The position numbers and the translations under genes are program-made. Below, one piece after another: positions 55,066 to 64,000 of a DNA stretch of 64,000 nt. The notes below the pieces were generated by a model that worked only from the letters and a program-made list of their open reading frames with translations, had not been told where the DNA came from and ran no database searches. Numbering within the stretch: position 1 is the stretch's first letter; each line of letters opens with the position of its first letter. The DNA is taken from assembly GCA_028534125.1 (NCBI GenBank), contig CM052817.1:57786001-57850000 (forward strand), written 5' to 3'. Source of the DNA: Lama glama (Eukaryota).

Positions 55066-55471
55066 ATTTGTCCTCTCATCAATCAAGAAATGATGAGCCA
55101 AATACACTCAAAGGGCATGAGGGCTGAACACCAATGCAGCCACTCCTCTTGCAGTATTCCTGGTATTCAAGAGGCACCACCCAACAAGAGAATGGCAAAG
55201 CCATTGATCCACTTCAACAAGCTAACAGTGGCCATGCTGATCACATTCCTCTTCCCCCCAGCCTTGTGAACTGTATCACTATACCTTGTTGATACCACTT
55301 CCTGCATAGTTTTTGAATTAATGCATTTCTTTCTTCTTCCCTCAACAACACCTTGGAATTCACAATCATCTCCTCTCTTTCCATCACAGTCCACCAACCC
55401 ATGCCTGGTTTCCACTCCTTCCTCCCTTTGATCTGTTTCCCAACCTGCAGGCAGAGACATCTTTTCAACAT

Positions 55472-55872
55472 GCATAAGATATGGTGTGTGTGTGTGTGTG
55501 TGTGTGTGTACACACATACATATGATGGAATACTACTCAGCCATAAAAAAGAATAAAATGATGCCATTTGCAGCAAAATGGATGGACCTGGAGATCATCA
55601 AGTGAAGTAAGCCAGAAAGAGAAAGAAAAATGCCAAATGATACCGCTTATGTGTGGAATCTTAAAAAAGGACACAAATGAACTTCTCTACAAAACACAAA
55701 CAGACTCAGACACAGAGAACAAACTTATGGATATCAGTGGGTAGAGGAGGTGGGAAGGCATAAATTGGGAGTTCGAAATTTGCACCTCCTGGGGAGTGAT
55801 GGAAATATTATCTATCTTGATTGTGGTGGTGGTCTCATAGGTGTATCATACCACAACAAAGGTGCTTAAAAA
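55472..55872 (+). mobile_element. 5'-truncated LINE-1 (ORF2 end plus 3'UTR) with an internal (GT)n microsatellite
   Basis: ATGGAATACTACTCAGCCATAAAAAAGAATAAAATGATGCCATTTGCAGC (MEYYSAIKKNKMMPFAA); GT tract at 55483-55509. Confidence 0.9.
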
Positions 55873-55879
55873 AAACATG

Positions 55880-56440
55880 CAAACCTAAAACCTGACATCC
55901 ATATTAAAGGCTTCAAATGCTTTAATAGGTTCCTCTATTTCTAGAATAAAGACCAATATTTTTAACATGACTGACTGTGACATAGCCCCTGCTATGTCCT
56001 TATATTTTCTGGCTCCACCTGTCCTCTTTGATTCACCATGGTCTCCTCCTACTGCATTAAATTTCCTCTTGTTGCTTTTGCCTAGAATGCTTTCCCTCTA
56101 ACTCCCACTTTTAATAATTGCCAGTCATTTTTTGGATCTCAGCCCAAACATCACTTCACCAGGGAAGCCTTTGTGATGCCGTCCCTATTCCGACCCTGAG
56201 GTAGCTGGGTCAAGTCTCCTTTGAGATATTCTTGGCATTATGTACTCCATGGCATTTATCACAGTTTATAATTACACACATTGTGTGGTGATTAGATGAT
56301 TACTATTGCTCTTTGTCACTAGACTATAAGTTCAAAGAAGAAAACAACAGTGCATGGTTTTCTCATCATTTTAACCTCAATATCTAGCAAAGTTCCTGGA
56401 CACAGAGTGAGCAAGCATTATTTCTTGAATGAATAATGAG
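55880..56440. mobile_element. L2 LINE 3' region
   Basis: GCCTAGAATGCTTTCCC...CATCACTTCACCAGGGAAGCCTT...CACTAGACTATAAGTTC...TTCTTGAATGAATAA. Confidence 0.75.
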
Positions 56441-57199
56441 TGTCAAAATGGGGGTCATTAACAAATGGTTAGAGCAACAATAAACTGCTTATTTCCATTC
56501 ACCAGAATTGCTTTGATCAGAGTTTGACAAAATTATTTCAAATTTCATAATGAACAAATTCAATAATTTTGTTTAAACTCTAGAATTTTTTGCATTTCAT
56601 AGATGTGACCAAAATGAAAGTTTACTAGCATCTTCTCTGAGTTATTATAGAAACTCAGAGCTTTATTGCTAAATTGGGCTTTAACAATTTTCTAGGATAG
56701 ATCCCTCATTATATAAGACAGAGTCTTAGGAAATCTTCAAAAGGTCATTCAGACTGTTGGTGACAGAGCAGGGATGAAAATCAGCCATTTAAACTCCCAG
56801 CTCAATTTTTTTTTTGCTATAACTATGCTGCAATTTCTAGGTTTATGGCTTCATTTTCATATCAGAAATTTGGAAGAACCTGTAAGTACCCATAAGAGAA
56901 ATATCTCCAAATGGTTAATTTTGCTACATCATTTATATTTCTGCTTTAAAATACTAAAAAAAATAGCAGCATTTTAGAAGGATAAAAAGCAAGCCCAATT
57001 TTGTAAGAAATGAAATATTTTCATGTCTTATTTGCAATGTATATTGTCTGCCTTAAATGGGGGCAAGATGGGGATGGTACATGTTTCTCTGTTTTCTTAA
57101 TATTCTGGAGCAAGAAATTTTCCCAGTTAAATCATCTGGCTGTCCATAATTCAGTTTCTAAAAACCCAAAAGGAAGGTAAATTTTGAGGAAAGGATTGG

Positions 57200-57470
57200 G
57201 GAAGTGACATAGTGAACAGAAAAATCACTGCTGGTATTCAGTCTATTACAGTCAGCTATATGACCTTGGAATGCTTACTTCCCCTTTGTAGATTTCCTCA
57301 TCTGGACAATCAGGAAATTGCTCTAAATCATGGGCTCTGTTGATGGACTTACAAGATCCCACTAAGCCCTTTGGTGTGTGTATGTGAGTGCACATTTTTC
57401 TGGGAAGAGGGTCCATAGCTTGTATTAGATTGACAAAGATCTGGGACAAAAAACACATGAATTGCTTTTG
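57200..57470. mobile_element. MIR remnant followed by an hAT-like MITE fragment
   Basis: GCTATATGACCTTGGAATGCTTACTTCCCC...TTTCCTCATCTG; TTTTCTGGGAAGAGGGTCCATAGCTT, with a related inverted copy near 34040-34215. Confidence 0.5.
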
Positions 57471-58024
57471 TACTAAAATCTGAAGTCCTTCCTAATTTTG
57501 GAAATGGAATAAAGCTATAAATAGAATTATCATTTCAGATGGACAATAGAAACTAGTATAATTATTGGCTTGAGTAATAAGATTGTTTGAAAAGCATATT
57601 CTGCACAGAGGAATACTACTCTCACCAATCACACATTCAAGTACTAGCTGGAGAACTCCACCAGAAGCCCAGGCCGGATTTTTCCACAATTAGCATCAAC
57701 TGTCCCAGACAAGGCAACTACATGTGATAAAAATCCCAGTATGTCACAGGCTGTTAGTCCTTTCTTTTTATTACCATTGTTTTAATGATTCATCAAGGTA
57801 GGCCTGTTTCACACAGTTATATCAAACAAAAACAATCCAGAGCAGTTTGTCAGCAAAGAAAGATATTTTCTTATAGTTTTCAGGATATTTATTCCAAAAT
57901 ATTTTGGTTATAACTTTGAATGGTTGCATAACCAAGGTTGCTGTAGCGCACGTAAAACTATTAAAGACACAGAAATAAAAGTCACTCTGCTTATCCCTTA
58001 TTTCCTTCCTTCTTTTCCTCCTTA

Positions 58025-58470
58025 ATGTAATAAATATTCCTTAATTGTCTCCTAGGCATCAGGCACTCTCTTAGATACTTGTAAAACATCAGTGAATAAA
58101 CTAAATATATTCTAACCTCAGGAAGTACTTGTATTTCAGAAGGGGAGAAATAAAATAAACATCATACATAAAAACAAGTAAGTTATTGATTATTTTTAAA
58201 GATGATACATGTTTTGACCAAACAAAAAAAAAAAGGAAAAAATAAAGAGTAGGGAAATTAGGAACCCCAGAAGTAAGGAAAATGGTTTCCATTTTCAATA
58301 GGTCAGGGTAGACCTCCCTGAGAAGGTGTTGTTTAGCAAAGACCTGAAGAGATGAGAGAATAGACAAGTGTATGATCTTGGGGAAGAGCTTTCCGGACAG
58401 AGGGAGGAGCCCAGGCAAGAGTACTTGTGATGTGATCAAGGACTAGCAGGGAGGCCACTGTGGCTGGGAA
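58025..58470. mobile_element. L2 LINE remnant
   Basis: CAGGCACTCTCTTAGATACT...CAGTGAATAAAC...GGTCAGGGTAGACCTCCCTGAGAAGGTG...AGCAGGGAGGCCACTGTGGCTGG. Confidence 0.75.
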
Positions 58471-59062
58471 AAAGCAAAAAGCTTTCTGCTGCTGTGGTCA
58501 TGAAATTTGTAAAGTTTCACCTTCCAGTTCACCCCTCATTTCTGTTGCTTGTTTAAAATGAATGTCATAATATCTTCTGAATAATCCTCCTAGAGTCTCA
58601 TATTTGTCAAGAAAGGCAAAGTCAGAATTCTGAAAATTCTAAAAATCACCCTAAAACCATGCCCTCTGGTTGGTAACATAGCTTAAGTCTCTCAGTTTCC
58701 ACAAACATATTTGGCAACGAACCCTTATGCAGTAAGCAAATAAGCCACTTAATAAGAGATGATGTCACTACAAAGAAATCAAGTAAAAGATCTTCATTTT
58801 GAAAATTTAGAGATCAGGCACAAAGCATCTGCTATCTTTCAACAGAGAAATTCCAAGATTCATAGCTAACATGAAAGCACCCATTCTTTCTGAAAGGTCA
58901 CTGTTCATTTGGGCATTTATTACATTGCTCATTTCACTAACTTTTCTCCAGAAAATAGAACAATCACGATTATTGTACAGTTTTCACAGCCTTTATCTGG
59001 GTGAATTACCTCCAAGAAGAATACACATGTAAAGGTAGTACTTTTTCTATGAAGAAAGGTCA

Positions 59063-59345
<283 letters not shown>

Positions 59346-62300
59346 TGGTGGACCGACAGCAATTTAAGATAATCTCACTTCCACGAGCTGTCAACTTCTA
59401 AAGACCTATATTAACACACATGTAGATAACTGAAGAGTCAGATGTAATAAAAGTGACAGATTTCTAAGTGGGCATGGCTTAGCCAAACATTGAATCTTTG
59501 CTAAGATATCCTGTTGTAATCATGCAGATGTCAAAAAGTGTTTTAAGCAATCACAAATTTAGAGCCATGAGCAATTCCAGTTTGGCTGACATTTTATTAA
59601 GGAAATTTTACTGAAAGCAATGCTTACAGGTACAGTTGTATCAAATTCAGCACGAAATTTCTTTCTTTATTTCAATTTCAATGCCAATTCTTTGATCTCA
59701 CTCAGTATGTTTGTTTCACCACACCTTCTGAGTCACACAACACATATCTGCTCTCACACGTTACCATCATAAAGAAACAACAGTCAGGCATGGTTATGAA
59801 GGAACTTTGATCTTTTTACAAAACATCAGGTAGTTGAAACAGAAGGGTTTTTAGTAATAAGATTGATATTCAATCATTTTAATGGGAACAAAAGAGCCAG
59901 ACTTAAAATATGAAAATGAAATGGTTTGTTGAGCACACAATTTCTTTTCATTAAACAAAATATGGTGATTCAGTAGTTTTCTAAAATAAGTTAAAAATTT
60001 AAGATGGTGTAAATAGTTTGGAATTAGATTTAGAAGAGATTTAATCTCATATCAAAATTTCTCTAAGACTGTATCTGATATAAGTGTTGAATTAATCTTT
60101 CTGTATGACCTCCATGCCAATATCAAATAAAGGAAGTTCCAATAAAATGTGTGTTTCAATTAAATTAAGAGTTTAAAGATGAGATTCTGCTTTTTCAATA
60201 ATTTTGAGGTCAACAGAGAAAAAAACCCAATCCTTCACCTAAAAGTTATAACATTTATACTCATCAAGTCTGGGCATGCATTCTTATCTATATCTCTGTA
60301 ATGTCTGCCTTCTTTTTTGGCCCCACAAACTCATTTTTTGTCTTCCTTTCCCCTCCACATTTCAGGAACTTTGGGTTTTTAGCACTATTCCTCCTCAAGT
60401 TCTTTCCTAAGCAAATAGAGACACATCTTGTTCTGTGTATGTCTGTATACGTCCTCTCCATGTAAATCTCAGTCTGAGGAATCCCATGAGCTGCACGATG
60501 TTAGCTGTAAAGGGTTATGTGCTAGTCACATGATTATCACACAGATATCCTGTCATCAGTTGGGAGAAGCCAATGAATAAATAGTAATAATGTGGACAAA
60601 ACAATGGCATTTTGAATATACTATGTAGGTCATGGAAGCTGAGGTGGTCTATAAGGACACAGAGTCTCACTCCTCAGTCTAGGCACCTTGGGGAGGTGAA
60701 GTGACCCTAGACTAAAACCAGGAAGGGTTCGCAGCAGCTGTGGCTTGATATTTGCCTTCTGCTGCTTCTGGGGATACGGTCGCCGCCTGCTAACTAGTAA
60801 TGGCTAGTACCAATGCAAAGTTCAATTTAAATGCCGGCGAAAAGCTGTACTGGAAATCTCATGTTTTTAAACATTTCCAGACTGTTGATGCTTTAAAAAT
60901 AGAGAATTATGGGCTTTAAGTTCTCTTTTTTTCTTTGCTAAGAACATGAATAGAAAATTTTACTTGAAAATGAACATTTTCTTCTTACAAAATCTCAAAG
61001 ACAAAAATAAATTTTGATCTTTTTACAGATTCATTTTTTCTGCCAGACATGAAACTTTAACAATTCTAGTTTTATATATGTATATACTTTTTATAACACA
61101 CATCAACTGCACAATAAAATGCACTTTGTACTTTATTATAATTTCATTAAATTTTATCATTTTAAGAGTAAGCAAATTAGTTACATTACAAAATGACAGT
61201 GTACAAGCAGCAATGACAGACACATACTTAAAGATCTCTGTGGGACTTGATTTATCTGGTGGGTTATCTACTAACCTTGAACCCTTATTTTCCCCCGTTA
61301 AAGCCTTTTACTCTCTTTCTCTGCTCACTGACATTCCACACAAAAGAGTGACAAAACAAAAGGAGAGGAGAGACACTCAAACTACTGCATTTTGAATCTA
61401 ATAAATGGTATTTAAGGGACAAGACCTTATAACCAGGATCAAAAAGAATACATTTAACCAATTGATAGTATATTTTAATTCACTACATTTTCCCAAATGT
61501 TCCAATCTTTCCCATTTTGCAGGTCCATCTGGCCAGAAGCCCTCTTAGAAAGTTCTCTGTTTATTCAGCAAATTCAAACACTTTATTAAAATCCACCTCA
61601 AATGTCAAAATCCATGTTAAAAACCTCTCCCCTCGACAGGTGTCCTTCTTCCTCCACCTGTGATGCCATAACATTTTAGGTACGTCTTTACTATTGAACA
61701 TTTTACATTGCACCATAGTTATTCATTTCCAAGTATGTCTATCCACCTCCACCAGTATGTTTTGAGTTCATTAGAATGAGAGACCCTGTTTTACTTTTCT
61801 TTATATTATTTCACAGTAGATATAATTTTGAATGCATTAAAAGAAATTTTGTATATATGTGTAATTTACACATTAACTTCAATAATTAGATTTATATTTC
61901 AGTCTAATTAACAATCAAATTCCAAAAAGGAAATGTGGCACCAACTTTTAGAATAGATATAGTAAATCTAAACTTTGACTTTAAAATTATAAAATTAGGA
62001 AGATCTGGTTTAGAATTGGTATCAAATGACAGATTTGAGGAAAATAAATTTATATTTTAAAGTAGTTTAACAAGGAAGTTTAAACTATTACAGGATGAAA
62101 ATTAACTGTGTTCATTATCATATAATAAATTCCTGCTTATAAGAATCAAAGCCGGCAGAAGATCTCCAATAATAGGAATTTGTTTACGTCATACATTTTG
62201 GAGGGAAAAAATACGTAAGCTTATATCAAAATGCATTTTTTAAAGCACCTTCAAAGACATGTCATTCAATAAGTCCAGATTAAGTACACTGTTGTATTTT

Positions 62301-63230
62301 CTTATAATGTGATGCATTGACAATTGAAATAATAATGTCCTGAGATCAAAAAGCCAGGGATTAAGGTAGGGTTTCCTGGATTTTATCTTGAGATTATCTA
62401 GCTGGGAGAATTAATCTTCCCTGCATATTGTAGGTATAAAACTCCTGGCCTAACTAAGTTTACTAATGTCTATACTTCTGCAAAAATAGTTAATGAAATG
62501 AATCTTAAGAATTTTTTCTTTTAACATTAGCTGATAATGTTATATACTTTATAACAGTTTCTCACTTCCCTGATTTAAGAGTAATGACAATAATAACAAT
62601 TATTTAGTATTTATTATGTACCTATAATAAACATTTTAGACCAAGTATAATAAGTAACTAATTCTCTCTCTCCTTAACCACTGAGATAATTACCTTAAAC
62701 TATCTATTTATCCTTATAATTTGAGTCTAGAATTTTATACTAAATAACTCTACCCAACAAATTAAGTAATTCATTTATCTGTTATGAGAGAGGAATGATA
62801 CTTATTGCAGCTGACTGATTCCAATGCAATTTTCATAGGCAGACTATTTATGACAACATTTTTCATACTTTACTACTGCAAGGGTGGCTGATGGGGACAA
62901 TGGCTGTATATATTGCCCACACCAAAATTATCATGGTCTCCCTGCTTAGTGGCTTTTCCATAGTACTCTGGGGAACATTAGTTTAATTCAATCCTAATAA
63001 CTATTTTAAAAAGGTCAAATAAGTTTGCAAAATCCTGGGTTAAATAAAATAATGCAAATGTATTAAATGGAGAAGAACTCAGATTCCTTAATGTGCTAAA
63101 AGGAAGACATGATTTGCAAAGTTTTCTAGCATTATAAAACCAGGGAAACTTTAGCTGGTGGGCTACTGTTCTTCAGAAAACAATTTGCAAAATATTGCTT
63201 ATTGTACAAACTTCAGTCACCTGTACCAGG

Positions 63231-63271
63231 ACATGCATGCATACATGCACGCACACACACACACACACGCA
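63231..63271. repeat. Imperfect (CA)n microsatellite
   Basis: Directly visible. Confidence 0.9.
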
Positions 63272-63854
63272 TCACTCTCAGCCCCTCAAACCCATGTTCG
63301 CATTCTGTCATTCTGAAGAAGACAAAAAAAATTCTGACTTTGTCAGTAGTTATCCTTGCAGCCCATCTCCACGGCCTCTATTAGATGACAGTATTGGTTA
63401 TGTTCTTTAATTTTTACCACAGGCTCTGAAACTTGCAATATGCTTATCTGCTTTCTCACTACATGGATTCTCCTTCGACTACAAAATGGAAAACCATTAA
63501 TATAGGGAGGCCCTCTTCAAACAGCATAGTCTACAACTGTCTGATAGCCAGTTCTTATAGAAATCAGGCTTTATAATATCACATGTACAAAAGGCCCCTA
63601 AAAGGCAGTTTATATACATCTAGGATTGCAACAGAGCGAATGTAAACTGCACATTTTAATTTAGCTTCTAGATAGAATCTGTTTCAACAGTTCTGTTTTA
63701 ATTTTATATCCTAGCTTTTTAAATAAAAATATGCATAAAATAGTCACATAAAGGCTTTTCTCTACTAGCTGTAAAAATGTTCTCAAGATAGATCCACTGT
63801 AAAGTAATAGCAACTATTTGCCTTCAGTATTCTAGGTACCTTATATATATATTA

Positions 63855-64000
63855 ATCCACTTAATTCTTTTACAGAGGAGAAAACTAAATCACACAGAGG
63901 TTATGAAGCTTGAAGAAAAATCACACAGCTAGTAAGGGACATGCAAAAATTTGAACTAGAGAGGTCTGGCTCCAGTGTTTATGGTCTTTACCACAACATT
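63855..64000 (-). mobile_element. MIR SINE remnant
   Basis: TTTTACAGAGGAGAAAACTAAATCACACAGAGGTTA...TCACACAGCTAGTAAG...TCTGGCTCCAG. Confidence 0.75.

Overview
AT-rich mammalian DNA inside the alpha-synuclein gene (SNCA), which is transcribed on the minus strand. The only coding sequence I can support is one 143-bp exon at 59171-59313 (-). It encodes residues 55-102, including the NAC region, and is equivalent to human exon 4. Positions 1-59170 are the long downstream intron (intron 4) and 59314-64000 are the upstream intron (intron 3); I found no other SNCA exon. The introns contain many interspersed repeats: young 5'-truncated L1 3' ends, two tRNA-derived SINEs resembling camelid vic-1 (so the source is probably a camel, alpaca or llama), older L1M, L2, MIR, MLT1 and LTR16-like elements, and hAT MITEs. 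There are also microsatellites, recent tandem duplications and a 500-N assembly gap. Best leads: an intron-4 read-through frame followed by AATAAA that could give a 138-aa synuclein lacking the acidic tail; G68E/V95G/G101S differences from human; a candidate recursive splice site; a twin-primed inverted L1; and a near-perfect 3x135-bp repeat. I see no convincing new multi-gene system. Repeat family names are recognised by eye and need RepeatMasker/Dfam confirmation; boundaries of old repeats are approximate.
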